Part shown: positions 23,378 to 36,667 of the stretch, piece by piece
How positions within the stretch are numbered: the stretch's first letter is position 1
Layout of the letters: every line of letters begins with the position of its first letter
From: Takakia lepidozioides
Taxonomy: Eukaryota > Plantae > Bryophyta
NCBI GenBank assembly: GCA_030704615.1
Contig: CM060734.1
Span: 10,602,001 to 10,666,000, forward strand
DNA: 64,000 nt
Direction: 5' to 3'
Translations under genes and position numbers: made by a program
Notes under the pieces: generated by a model
Database searches by the model: none
What the model saw: the letters and a program-made list of their open reading frames with translations, nothing else
What the model was told of the DNA's origin: nothing

Positions 23378-26300
23378 TCATGTGTTTGTTTTTAGACATG
23401 CCTCCGTCTTCCCCTGTCCGCGTGGCACATTCTCCGAGTTTGACTTCCAAACTGTCCTTTCACCCACCGGCCACTTTTCTGACGTTAACCCGCATCCACC
23501 TATCACTAACCCTATGGACTGTGCAACCTGCGTGGGCTGTGTTAGGCTATGATAGGCTGTGTCAGACTGTGACGAGCTGTGATAGGCTGTGTGATGCTGT
23601 GGTGGGCTGTGATAATGGTGTGAACATCCGTGTTCTCCGCTCAGGTCATACACATTCGGTTCTACAACAAGTGTCTCATGCTCCGTTGGTATCACCGGTG
23701 TAGCCCGTGACTGTTTCTGTGTTTCAACATGCAAATCATGCTGCAATGGTTTGTCATGGATACCACTGTATCCCTTCAACTTATTGGCATTGACTCTTCC
23801 CAGCATCTCTTTGTTAATGGTTTGTAACATGGCTGTGTTGTTATCATACATCTTCTGTATGACATAAGGTCCCTTCCATGGTGATTTAAGCTTAGAAGCT
23901 TTAATCTTTCCCTTCTTCTGCAACCACAGTACCAAATCTCCCGTCTTAAAAGTCTTTAATTTACCTTCATCAAACCGATCCTTCCTCTTCATCTGAATTC
24001 TGGTCATGTTATCTGCTGCATCAGCACGTACTTCTTCCACATGGTATAATTCATGTTTCCTGACCTTAATTGAATCTTCCAAGTCCATTCTTTTTCCCCA
24101 TTCAGTTCTCATGGTAGGTAATAAGAATTCCACTGGAAGTAAAGCTTCCATACCATAAACTAATTGGAATGGTGTATACTTAGTGGTGACTTTATATGAA
24201 GTCCTGTATGACCACAAAGCTGTCAGCAGCTTTGTATCCCAATCTGTTTTGTTTGCATTGACTATCTTAGCCAAGATAGTACATAGTATTTTGTTGGTGG
24301 CCTCTGCCTGCCCATTACCCTGTGGGTAATAGGTTGTACTCTTCCTATGCACAATCATGAACTCTTTAGTCAATAGTTCTATGGTCTCATTAATGAAGTG
24401 ACTTCCCTGGTCACTGATAAATTCCAGGGGACAACCAAATCTTGTAAGTGTGTTCTCATACATGAACCTTGCTGTAGACTTAGCTGTGTTGTCTCTCAGA
24501 GCTTTAGCTTCCACCCACTTTGTAGTATAATCAGTGGCTATGATTATATACTTGTTCTGTGTATTTCTAGCTGGTGGGTTAATTGGTCCAACAAAGTCTA
24601 GTCCCCATTTCTGAAATGGTTCAGTAGGCATCGTAGGATGCAAAGCCATCTTCCCAGATCTCTGCAATGGTCCTAGCCTCTGACACTCATCACAACTCTT
24701 GCAATATTTGTGTACATCCTTGAACAAAGTAGGCCACCAGTAACCTGCAAGTAGTATCTTTCTACTGGTAGTCTCTTCTCCAAAATGACCTTCCGCCACT
24801 CCTTTATGAACTTCCTCCAAGACTTTATTTACTTCATGGTGGTACAAGCATCGTTTAAGAACTCCATCAGGTCCTAGCTTATACATTCTGCCTCCTATCA
24901 TAGTGTAAGGTAAAGCCTTGATAGCTATTCTCTTCCTCTGCTCCTTCCCATAACTAGGTGGGCACTGACCATGAGTAAGGTAGTATCTGATTGGCCACTG
25001 CCAATCTAACCAATCATCTGCACTTCCCTGCACCTCGACTGCAAATAAGCTCGCATCAGGTAGTTGGTCGTCTACTCCCGTGGCGGGCTCTCCTGTTGCT
25101 AGGCGTGACAAGTGATCTGCCACAAGATGCAAACGGCCAGGCTTGTAAACAACTTCGAACTCAAACTCGTGCAAGATTATTAACCATCTTGCTATCATGC
25201 CACTTATCAAAGGCTTGTTCACCAGATAAATCAAAGCCTGATGATCCACATAAAACATAAACTTCCTTCCCAATAGGTAATGCCTGAATTTCTTGACTGC
25301 ATATATCATTGCCAATGCTTCTCTTTCAGTTGTGCTATAGTTCCTTTCAGCACTGTTCATCAACCTGCTAGCATAGTACACAGGTGAATCTATGTTTCCT
25401 GTAACATTTTGGGCTAACACTGCTCCCAATTCTTCTCCTGAGGCATCACAGTGAACATGAAATACTACATGCCAGTGAGGGTCAATCAGCACAGGTGTAG
25501 TTGTCACTGACAATGTAAGTTCCTCAAAAGCCTGTTGACATTCAGCTGTCCATGCAAACACTGCATCTTTCTTCAAAAGCTTGCTCAATGGTGCTACTAT
25601 CTGTGCATACCGTCTAACAAATCTTCTGTAATAACTGGTTTGTCCAAGGAATCTCCTTAGACTCTTAACATTTCCCGGTGGTGGTGATGCTTCAATGGCC
25701 TCCGTCTTTCTGGGGTCCACAAGTAATCCCTTCTTACACACAATGTGTCCCAGAAGTACCCCTGAGTTCACACAGAAAATACATTTTTCTGGATTCAGAC
25801 CCAGACCTCTCATCCTGCATCTGGCCAAACATAACTCCAATTTATGCAAGTGCTCATTCTTAGAACTGTACACACTGAAATCATCTAAGAACACTTGCAT
25901 GAAATCATCCAGATACTCATGGAAGGATTTGCTTATCACTCTCTGAAATGTTGCTGGTGCATTACAAAGTCCAAAGGGCATGACTTTGTATGCATAAGCA
26001 CCCCAGTCTGTGATGAAAGCTGTCTTTCCCTGGTCTTCTTCTGCCACTTGTACTTGGTTATATTCACTGAAGCCATCCATGAATGAGTACATTTCATGGC
26101 CCGCCACAGTGTCCAGTACCGCTCCTGTGAATGGCAATAGGAATGGATCTTTCTTTGTACAAGCATTCAACTTTTTATAGTTCACACAAACTCTCAGTTT
26201 ACCATTCTTCTTGGGAACTATCACAATGGGTGACAACCAAGTTGTATACTCTATCGGGTATATGAACTTAGCCTCAGCCAACTTCTTGATTTCTTCCCCA

Positions 26301-27748
26301 ACCTTCTGTGCATAGTTGGGATTCATTCTGTACCTTGCTTGTTTGATTGGTACTAACCCTGGTTCTAGTTCAATCTTATGCTGACAGATCTCAGGTGGTA
26401 TCCCTTTCAGATCGTCATAGCTCCAAGCAAATACATCTCTTTATTTGATGAATAGACTCTTAGCTTCCTCAAAGAATTCTGGCTCCAAGTCAGCCCCTAC
26501 TTTCACCATTCTCGGTTCCTCCTCAGTTTCCACATTCACTTCTCTCACCTGCTCATCAGCTGTGATTGTCCAACCAGTCACTACTTCATCATGTAAACTC
26601 ACAGTGGCTGGTTCTTCTAGGATTTCCATTTCTCCCTCTCTTTCTTCATAGAATTTTGGTGGGTAACTGCTTGTTTCACCCTCAAATGGTGTTGCTGTTA
26701 CTACACCACAGCAGATACCTTGTAAACAACTTAGGCCTCCCAGTTGCATTTTTGCAACTTGCTCCCACTTTGGGTGTGCAGCAAACAGGGTAGCTTCCTG
26801 CTCCTCATCAAGTCTTCCCCTCCAGTCATACTCTCTGACTCCACGAGGTCTTCTGGTAGCAGGTAGCCTACTAGATTTCTTAGTGGTGACCTGTATCTTG
26901 TGCTTCCCATCATGCACAGTCAGTAACTGGGAATTCCAGTCATGGAATACCCTGGCCTGTTTCAGCCATGGTCGACCCAGCAATAAGGAGTAAGCTTCCA
27001 TGACATCATCCATTTTCAACACAGTCACTGTGATCTTAAAAATCATCTTTTGAATTTGTATCTTAACTCCTCTTATCAAGCCTAATGGTTGAATACTTCT
27101 TTGATCTGCCATCGTTACTGTGAATGGGGCTGGTTTCATACTATTCAGACCAAGCTTCTGCCTTAATTGGTCTATCATAATATTCACTCCCGAGCCCCCA
27201 TCTATCAGTACATCAGTCAGGTTTGTGCTTCCAATTCTCAATTGGATTACTGGCATAGAATCATCAAAGTCCATGACTGTTTCTCACCCTTTTGGCTTCA
27301 CAGTATAGCTTGCCACCTTGCTGTTCAGGTCTATGTTCCCTGTCATATGGGCAATCTGATTGATTGCTTGATACAGCCTGTGCCTACAATGAGGTGCCAC
27401 AGCCAATAGCTGTCCAATGGTAATCTCCGCCTTGGACTGGCATATTATTTCAGCCAAAGTCCCTTCATTACCCTGCACTTGTGCAGCTTCTTTCTTCACT
27501 TCATCTTCACTCTCTTCATCTTCTTTTCCAGAATCAGAGGAATCTGCCATAGGGATATCAGTACTCTTCTGCATTTCCCTTATGGTATCAGCCACTTCCT
27601 TGTGCAGTTCCTTCTCATCTCTCCAAGCCTCATCATCTTCAGACACATCACTGCCATCTTCATTATCATCATCTTCCTCATCTACTGGAGGTATAAATTT
27701 CTTTTGCTTCTGGTTACTATCATTGTACTTACTTCTGGTACAAAGCAT
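23378..27748 (-). pseudogene. pol: pol: aspartic protease, reverse transcriptase, RNase H, integrase (two in-frame stops)
   Basis: LIDGGSGVN; MPFGLCNAPATFQR..FLDDF; HCDAS..ERNYSTTEREALA; HHCC; WGLDFVGP, ISDQGSHF, GNGQAE; WKGPY. Stops at 27284 and 26441; the sister copy has R at the first. Confidence 0.95.
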
Positions 27749-29723
27749 GGCCTAACCATGTGGGCTGCCACCACAGGGTCCTCATTCACAGGAGCTCTCA
27801 TCTCATTCTGGTGCCTAATCCAAAATGAACAAGCTGCCTTGCGATGTCCTGCCTGATTACAATAGGGTCCTCGCCCTTGATCTGCTCTGGGATTATTTCT
27901 ATAATCTTGATTCCCTGGCTGGTAATTCCCCCTTGGATTACCCTGATAGTTGCCCCAAGGATTGCTTTGGTAATTCCCTTCTGGATAACCTCTCCCTTCC
28001 ATACCATTGTTATAACCACCAGGCCTTCCATAGTGGTCCTGATCATTGTTTCTTCTTGGCTGGGGCTGCACTTGATGCACCCTTACTTGCCTAGGTTCTC
28101 TTGCAGCTGTTCTTCTGTTGTAGTAACAATTCTGAGTAGAATGGTTATCCATTTTACAGATAGTACAGTGTTTCTCCTTCATGTGGCATTCAGCTGTGGT
28201 ATGGCCTTCATTTTGGCATTTTGCACACCAAACACCCTTCCTCCAATGTGTTGCAGCCTCTGTGGCATACTTCTTCAAGATCTCCTCCAGCCTTTTCTCA
28301 TAGTTTTCCCTCTTCAACTTTTCCTTCTTCTTACTCTTCCTTTTGAGCTCTTGCTCTTCTTCCTCATCCGACTCCTCTTCAGAGTCCTCATCATCCCTTT
28401 TCTCTCTTCTGAGCATCCCCAATTGCTCAATTCTGTTGGTTGTTTCAAATGCCTCTTCCACTGTATTATGGGGTAGCATATCCACTTTCTTTTGTAATTC
28501 AGGTCTTAATCCACTCACAAACCAGGTCTTCTATAACCCTGGTGCTGGCACAGCAGCCAACTTTTTTATCATTAATTCCATCTTTTCCATGTACTCCTCA
28601 ACAGTTTCATGCTTCTTTTGCTTTAACTGTTGTAAAATTCCATACACTTCATCCTCAGTTTTGCTTGTCCTAAACCTATTTCGGAATGTTGTACTAAGGC
28701 CATTCCAGGTTAGAAAATGATTATTAGGGAATCTTGCATACCATTCACTTGCTTTCTTAATAAGTGAACATGGGAACAGTCTCATCTTGGCATCATCGCC
28801 ATTTTCATTGTTCACAATACACATGTGGTCAAATTGGCTGATGTGTACATCAGGATCCCCTTAACCTGCATATATTGGAAAAGGTGGTTTTGCCCATGTT
28901 GGTTGTACCGCTATCTGTGGCCCTACATCCTGCCCGCTGACAGGTATGGTCCCCCTGCTGGTGCTGGTCCTTGAGGACCTGTTGTAGTAGTGGTGGAACT
29001 CCCACCAGGTACTGGCCCCACTATATTCACAGTATTCTCAGCTCCAGTTGCACTACTTCCCACACTCCCTGTCCTCCCAAAGCCAGATCCAGGCTGCCCG
29101 CTTGATCCCCCTGAGCCGACACCTTCGTTGGCCTGTGATCCAAGTGCTCCACTTGATCCAGGTCCAACAGGTTGGGATGTCCTGGTTGTAGTCTCAACCT
29201 CAACTGTTGGGTCTACTTCTTCATACTCTTCATCTTCCAATTTCTTCTCTCTGTTTTCATCTTCCAAGTTCTGCTCTTGTGTTTCTTCCTCTTCACTCAT
29301 GTAACTCAATTGCAATGGCGTCGGAGAGTCTGAACTCTCCGTTGGCTCTGCCACATCCTCCCCTCCTTCTTTGTCTTCCATTTCAGAAACTGGAGTTCCT
29401 GCTTTTGGTGTTCCATGCCAACTCTTATCAAAGATTTATGTCAAATCTTTTATCCAGGGATGTACCTCAGATCTCCCCCCTCGTGGCTGATCTTCTTCCC
29501 GTACCAAATCCCTTAATCTTTCTTGTAAAGAATAAGAAGGAGTGGCATCCAACTCTAGTTCTTCCGGTATGGGTGATGTACTCTCTGATCTTAATGGTGT
29601 GAGAGGTCCAGATGATTCCCCTATGTCTATTCCTCTTTCCCAAAGATATGGATAATTAGCTTTCAGATAGCTTTCTCTTTTTGCTGAATATCTCTGGAGT
29701 CTAGCTTCTCTTTCATCACTCAT
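27682..29723 (-). pseudogene. gag: gag with retrotransposon gag domain and CCHC zinc knuckles (stops and frameshifts)
   Basis: RLFPCSL..ASEWY..LKQKKHETVEEY; WFVSGLRPEL; CAKCQNEGHTTAEC and CTICKMDNHSTQNC; TAG at 28531 and 28923. Confidence 0.85.
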
Positions 29724-30312
29724 GTCCCATGTCTTTCATATCTTTAATGAGGCAATAACCAAAACTCTCTCCTGTAGTATCTCTCGTATATGCCCGGATT
29801 TCTTTCAAGCTTCAATGCACCCTTGGCTATACTAGAGGTCTATGTTACCATATATCCATATGGCAAGCACGTCTGAAAAGCTATTCTTGGTGTCAGTTTG
29901 ATCCACAGAATATCCTTAGGAATCCAATTCTTTACCAGTACAAGCTCTTCATGTATATGAGTGTAAACATTCACTTTCCTTTCCTCCCGACCTTCGAACT
30001 CTACTCGCTTAATGGATAGCAATGCTATCACATAAACCAGTGTTGGTAACCAACGTGCTCTCCCTCTACAGGCCACCTAATAAATCTTTATCACTCCTTT
30101 CTCCAGACCCCACTCAGGATCTGCATCATGCACTCTCTTAAGAATGTTTTCTTTGCAACCGTCTGGCAAATTCCAAGAATCTCTGAAAGAATTGCTTGGA
30201 CAACCTTTCTTTCTCAATTCCGCATGGAATTTGATTCACATCAAATTCTTTAATTCTCCAACCACCATGATCCCACTAGATACATATTACATCTGGTTGT
30301 TCTTGACCCAGT

Positions 30313-30330
30313 TCCCCAGTATGGTCGCCA
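30313..30330 (-). promoter_or_regulatory. Primer binding site TGGCGACCATACTGGGGA (probably tRNA-Arg type)
   Basis: Starts 2 nt after the 5' LTR CA end with TGG; tRNA identity inferred from resemblance to Tat/Ogre PBSs. Confidence 0.8.
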
Positions 30331-30332
30331 AA

Positions 30333-31362
30333 TGTCGAGCGGCTTTTACTCATCCATCCCTTCGCTATCCGAGGTGGAAACTCCAAGATAGAAGAGTTGG
30401 ATATCTCTAAGCACTCAGCCCGCTCAGAACAATCAGTCATGACCTACAGCTAGTGTATCATGGTTGTGCTTCCTATTTGTATTTCTTCTTGCCCTCATGT
30501 TAGCAAATTACCTTACTGTGTATACTGAAGCATCAATTTACTTCAGTAACTACCAGATTCCATTTACTCATCTATTCATTCCACAGCTTCACTCATGTCT
30601 CTCTACACAGTGTGTTTGTATCGATTAAGTATCAGATTAAGATTTATCAGGTATCAGGCCAATGCCATGGTGTCCCTAATCTGCTCTACTGTATGATTCT
30701 GCAGCTTGCATGAATTAAGCATCGACCAAGCCATCTTCCCATCTTCGCTGTTTCATGCTCTTCGCTTCATCTCCTCCCCCTCTGACCAAGTCGCTCTCCC
30801 AAGAACTGATCCCCCATTCGTTGCTGCTCTGCCTCATCTACATGCAAGCTGTTCTAACCACCTAACTAACTAATTGTCACCCCAAGAAGTAACACGTTTC
30901 CCCTGCAGATGTCGTTCCCACACAGTCATTCCCTGCCAATGATAACCGTTCCCTATGTACGCTGTGACTGGCTATGCCAAACTGTGTCGGGCTGTGACTG
31001 TACCATGCTGTGACTGGCCGTGTCGGGCTGTGACTGGTTGTGTCGGACTGTGTCGGGTTGTGATTGGTTGTGTGAAACTGTGTGAAGCTGTGTCGGGTTG
31101 TGTCGTGCTGTGTCTGACTGTGCAAAGTTGTGTCGAGCTGTGATAGACTATGACGGGCTGTGACTGGCTGTGTGAGGCTGTGTCGGGTTATGACTGGCTG
31201 TGACTGGCTGTGTAAGCCTGTCTACCCCTCCCTTCTAAAGCCTGCACCTGTCACCCCTAAGGCCTCTGTTGGTCTAAGTCTACCATCCGTAAGTCTGCGC
31301 AAAAATTAAGGGTACCCCACAAAACCCATAAAAGTGTCTAAGTCCCAGACAGCCCTCTAACA
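30333..31362 (-). repeat. 5' LTR (1030 bp)
   Basis: Direct repeat of 18151-19151 with TG..CA ends. Confidence 0.97.
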
Positions 31363-34300
31363 ACAGTTTGTCATCTAGCCTTGGAATAGCAGAGAGAAAA
31401 CCACAAGCATGTACTCGATTCCAGTGCCTATCCCGGAGATGAGATTGTTGAAACGCCTCCAGTGTATCTTCCAACTGTTTATAATACAAAAAACAACGAC
31501 TGGCAGGATCTCCAACAGGAAACAAAAACTGTTCTGCGTGGGCGACTGCCACGTCTCCCCTAACCACCATCTCCACGGCCAGATTCTCTATGCGATAGTT
31601 ACACAGGTCTTCCCACTCTGCCTCCAAATCAATCGGCTCCTCTCCGCCATTGAAAAGCAATTGCAAAATAGTACTATTATACAAGTATCCTTGACTAAGG
31701 CTCTGAGCATAGCACACCTCATGCCATCCCTGCAAAACACAGAGTCCAACAATTTTTGCAGGTCTTATCGTCTCTCTGAACTGTTGTAACTCAGGCATTT
31801 GTGCCTTCATGGTCTGTTCCATCACATCCATCTCCCCTTGCTGCTCAGCGCGATAAGAAACAAAATCCTACTACAAAGCTACATATCGTTCCTCAGGATT
31901 GACTATGGTGGCAGATTGTTTCCCCATCTCTGCTACTTGCTTGGTAATCTCCGCCAACTGCCTCTCCAATTCACTGACACGAGCCTCTTTTGACCTTATC
32001 TGCTCTGCCTGTATAGCAATGACTGCATCCTTTTCAACAATAGCCTGTTGCTGATGAGCCTCTTTCATCTTCCACTGATCCTGGAATTTGTGGAGTTCCT
32101 TTAAATCTGCTTCTATTCTCTTCTTCGCATCATCCCACGCAAGCTGCAACTGTTGATTCCGTGATAAGGTGGCAGTATGCACACTCCTCAAATCAGCCAA
32201 TTCTTTCTGCAAATCCTCGTGATCCAGGGCTTCTGCTGCTACCAATTGCAATCCCTCAACCAAATCACGGAGCTTTGTCGCAAAAGACGATTGACTGCCT
32301 ACATTTTTGCCTCCCGACTCTATCAATGCAACAGTGGTAGTATCAGTCACTAAATATTGAGGCCCTTTCATTCGCCCTGCTTGACTCCGGTTTGTCTCCG
32401 TAACATTCGTATTGACAGAAGGTGGCACCTTCAACTGATGCTGCAAAATCATAGACAAATAAGTTGCACAAAACAAAGTATCGGTCTTACCAGCCTTCCT
32501 CTTTACTATTATCTCCTCATGGATCTTTCCACACACAAATCCTGCCCAATCAATTTGCACACCCATGAATGTCGCTACCACTGCATTGAGTTGCGATGAC
32601 GCGACATAAGTAGCAGCCTTCTTCAGGGCTAACCGGCTCACTGCAAATTTCATCCACTCCATCATTTCAGGATTTGCTGCTTTAGCAACTGCCCAACCCC
32701 CCGTTCGATTGAAAGCACCCTCCTTAAAATGGCTTGCAGGAACAAAAGATTCATCTTTACAGCCATCAACTTCAATCCCTGCTGAGGGTAATAGCAAGAC
32801 CTCTGTTACAGTGCGGGCATCAACAACTATCGGCGAGCCCTTCACTATTCCACTCTTTGAGCTAGGATTATAAGAATTGTAAAACTGCATCACTAATGAC
32901 ATGCTAGGCTTTGGCAGCCCCTTCAAACAAAGAATCAAAAACTCCATCATCTGCGCCTGTCTCCACAACGCTTTCTGCTCTCGTTCACCCAAAATCATAG
33001 AAATGTCACAACTCCTTAATTTTTCTGCCATCATAGAAACCGGCGGTGGCAATGGTTGCTGCACAGCTTTCTTCACCATCGTGACGGATTGGCTTGGAAC
33101 ACTAATTTTCTCCCCAACACTCAATACACTCAATACTCTCTGTCACTCAATACTCTCACTTCTCACTGTGACATACTTTGCGAATTGCAAAAACACTGGC
33201 AGAGAACAAGAAGGATAACCAGAAGAATGGTAAGAAGAGCCCCACTCCTATCTATCGCTCAGGGTAACCTGTCTTAACAGCTGGCAAATACGGAGTCAAT
33301 GATTAAAACCTAACCGCCACCCCAACATTGTAACAGATTGTACAGCCGACGGCGCAAATATACTCATAATGACAATGCTGACAGACACATACATATTGAC
33401 ACCCCCTCCCACTTAACCTAAATTCTGCCCACGAAACATTAGGTCAAGTACAACTTAAGACGATCGCCGTTGATGAAGCTTCCACCACCCGATAGGGCCC
33501 GAGCCACCTCATCTTCAATTTACCAGGAAATGTTTGAAAACGGCTATCATAAAGAAGGACCAAATCTTGAGCTTTAAAGATCTTGGGCTTAAGGCGGCTA
33601 TCATAATAATCCTTCCGCCGCAATTGGGTGACTTCAATGTTCTGTAACGCCTGCCGACGAAGTTCATCCATCTTAACCAATTGCCGATAGGGATGGAACA
33701 TCGCCCAACCGTTCCTCGATAGCTATGCGTAGGGAAGCAATTTCAAGCTCGATAGGCAATATTGCCTCTTGTCCATAAACCAACTGGAAGGGAGTAAATC
33801 CGGTAGTAACTTTAAATGCAGTCCGATAGGCCCATAATGCAGAAAATAATTTAGTATCCCAATCGCTGCCAGTACCAGAAATTGTCTTTGTTAGAATACC
33901 ACAGAGCAACCCATTGGTCTTCTCCGTCTGACCATTAGCCCATGGGTGATAAGGAGTAGTCTTCTGATGTTTAATGATATATTTGGCAGTCATCTGCTCA
34001 ATAATAGAATTTTAAAAATGGGTACCACGGTCGCCCACAAGCTCTCGAGGACAACCAAATCGAGTAATGATATTCTCATAAAGAAACTGCGCCACAACCT
34101 TGGCCGTATCGGTGCGAGAGGCCATAGCTTCAGCCCACTTAGTGACATATTCAGTTACAACAATAATATATCGTTTCTAACCATTGCAAGAAGCAGAGGC
34201 GATAGGTCCAACAAAATCGATACCCCACTTCTCGAAAGGTGCCTGTGCAAGGATGGGAACCAGGAGCATAGAACTCGATCGCGCAGGTCTGCCAATATGT

Positions 34301-34959
34301 TGGCAGGCATCACAACGACGCACATAAGCAAAAGCATCTTTAAATAGGGTAGGCCACCAATAACCTGCCAATAATACCTTCCGTCTGGTGGCATCCCCTG
34401 CAAAATGACCACCACAAGAATCGGTATGACACCCCTCAAGTATCGTTGGAACCTCAGCTTCCAAGATGCAACGGCGCAATACACCATCATTCCCTAGCTT
34501 GTATAATGTGTCGCCAATAATTGTATAAGGCGCAGTCTTCTCTACCAGCCGACGCTTCTGCTTTTCAGTATAACCCTCTGGAAATTGTTGTAACGATAGG
34601 TAATTAAAAATGAGAGCATACTCTCCTGTCAGCACATCAACCACAAAAAAGGCAGCATCTGGGAGAGAATCATCTATCGGCTCTTCGCCGACTTCCTTCG
34701 ATAGACAACTTAAATGATCAGCATTGGCATGCTTGCGCCCAGGGCGAACCACAATTTTAAAAGTAAACTCTTGCAATAAAATAACCCACCGGGCCACTCT
34801 GCCACTGAGCTGAGGTTTATTAATGAGATATTTTAGTGCATCATGATCAACATGAAAAACAAATGGATAACCCAATAAATAATGGCGATACTTCTGAACC
34901 AAATAAATCATGCCCAAACCTTCTCGTTCAGTGGTAGTATAATTTTTCTCCGCCGCAGC
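31363..34959 (-). mobile_element. Older (host) Ty3/Gypsy element: RNase H-integrase fragments and extra ORFs; 5' part missing
   Basis: EKNYTTTERE..KYRHYL, WWPTLFKD, WGIDFVGP, TPYHPWANGQTE, WLGPY in frameshifted pieces; extra ORFs 31871-33133 and 31831-31363. Confidence 0.9.
31871..33133 (-). CDS. Host retroelement extra ORF (PMD/Athila ORF-like domain plus coiled coil), ~420 aa
   Basis: Long open frame downstream of integrase; resembles ORF A of the nested element. Confidence 0.6.
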   Translation of the reverse strand: MSVLSVGEKISVPSQSVTMVKKAVQQPLPPPVSMMAEKLRSCDISMILGEREQKALWRQAQMMEFLILCLKGLPKPSMSLVMQFYNSYNPSSKSGIVKGSPIVVDARTVTEVLLLPSAGIEVDGCKDESFVPASHFKEGAFNRTGGWAVAKAANPEMMEWMKFAVSRLALKKAATYVASSQLNAVVATFMGVQIDWAGFVCGKIHEEIIVKRKAGKTDTLFCATYLSMILQHQLKVPPSVNTNVTETNRSQAGRMKGPQYLVTDTTTVALIESGGKNVGSQSSFATKLRDLVEGLQLVAAEALDHEDLQKELADLRSVHTATLSRNQQLQLAWDDAKKRIEADLKELHKFQDQWKMKEAHQQQAIVEKDAVIAIQAEQIRSKEARVSELERQLAEITKQVAEMGKQSATIVNPEERYVAL

Positions 34960-35067
34960 TGTTAGAGGGTTGTTTGGGACTTTAACGCTTTTATAGGTTC
35001 TGTGGGGTACCCTTAATTTTTACACAGACTGAGACCAACAGGAGCCTTAGGGGTGACAGCAGCAGGC

Positions 35068-35111
<44 letters not shown>

Positions 35112-36519
35112 CACAGCCCGACACAGCCCGTCACAGTCAGACACAGCTGACACAGCCCGCCACAGCTTTACACAGCCGTCACAGCCAACACAGCCCGACA
35201 CAGCCAGTCACAGCCCGATACAGCCCGACACAGCCGACACAGCCGTCACAGTCGTCACAGTCCATCACAGTCCATCACAGCCAATCACAGCCAATCACAG
35301 CTCGTCACAGCTTCACACAGCCCAACGCAATTTTGCACAGTTGTCACAGTACAGGGGGAACGGTTAACATGGATAGGGAACGACTATGTGGGAACAACAT
35401 CTGCAGAGGGAATATGTTACTTCAAGGGTGACGGTTAGTTAGCAAGGCGGTTAGAACAGCTTGGAGGTAGATAAAGCGAAGAGAGGGGACTTCTGGGGGA
35501 TCACTTCTTGGATCACTTCTTAGACATCAAGGGAAAGGTCAGAGAGATTCTGATGGAGAAGAAGAAGTGAGTGAGGATGAAAGGAAGAAAGAAGCTGCAG
35601 ACATGCAGAGTAATGAAGGGACTTTGGCTGAAGTAATATGCCAGACCAAAGCAGAGATTACCATTGGACAGCTATTGGCTGTGGCACCTTATTGTAGACA
35701 CAGGCTGTATCAAGCAATCAATCGAATTGCCCATGTGACAGGAAACACAGACCTGAACAGTAAGGTGACCAGTTATAATGTGAAGCCGGAAGGGCGAGAA
35801 ACAGTCATGGACTTTGATGATTCTATGCCAGTAATCCAATTGAGAATTGGAAGCACAGAACTAACTGATGTACCGATAGATGGAGGCTCTAGAGTGAATA
35901 TCATGACAGACCAATTAAGGCAGAAGCTTGGTCTAAGTAACATGAAACCAGCCCCATTTACAGTAACAATGGCAGATCAAAGAAGTGTACAGCCATTGGG
36001 ATTGATAAGAAGAGTTAAGATACAGATTCAAAAGATGATCTTTATGATCACAGTAACTGTGTTAAAAATGGATGAAGTCATGGAAGCTTACTCCTTATTG
36101 TTGGGACGTCCGTGGCTGAAACAGGCCAGGGTATTCCATGACTGGAATTCCCAATTACTAACTGTGCATAGTGGGATGCACAAGATACAAATTACCACTA
36201 AGAAATCTAGTAGATTACCTGCTACGAGAAGACCTCGAGGGGTCAGGGAGTATGACTGGAGGGGAGGACTGGATGAGGAGCAGGAAGCTACCCCGTTCGC
36301 TGCACACCCAGAGTGGGAGCAGGTTGCAAAGATGCAGCTGGAAGGCCTAAGTTGTTTAAAAGGTATTTGTTGTGGTGTAGTGACAGCAACACCAATTGAA
36401 GGTGAAATAAGCAGTCACCCACCACATTTTTATGAAGAAAGAGAAGGAGAAATGGAAATCCTAGAGGAACTAGCCACTGTGAGTTTACAGGATGAAGTGG
36501 TGTCTGGTTGGACAATCAG
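34960..36519 (+). mobile_element. Internally deleted sister of the 18151-31362 element: partial 5' LTR fused to the gag-end/protease region
   Basis: 34960 TGTTAGAGGG.. is the same LTR start, with a G-run and CACAG block. ORF 35567-36519 closely matches 27530-26560. It interrupts the host RNase H in the opposite orientation. Confidence 0.9.
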
Positions 36520-36667
36520 TTTCTTTCTTGTTTGTTGCTTCATGAATTTCGGAGTTAAGGTCCCTTCATTGGCCCATGTGTTTGCTGGGAAACGGGCATT
36601 AAGCTGGCGTGAACGTGGCACTGTGGGTAGCATACACCTCAGTCTGTTTGAACAATGGTAGATGGAA

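Larger units (their letters stand above)
18151..31362 (-). mobile_element. Full-length non-chromoviral Ty3/Gypsy LTR retrotransposon (Athila/Phygy-like), 13,212 bp
   Basis: TG..CA LTRs at 18151-19151 and 30333-31362; TSD ACAGT at 18146-18150 and 31363-31367; PBS, PPT and gag-PR-RT-RH-INT order. Confidence 0.97.
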
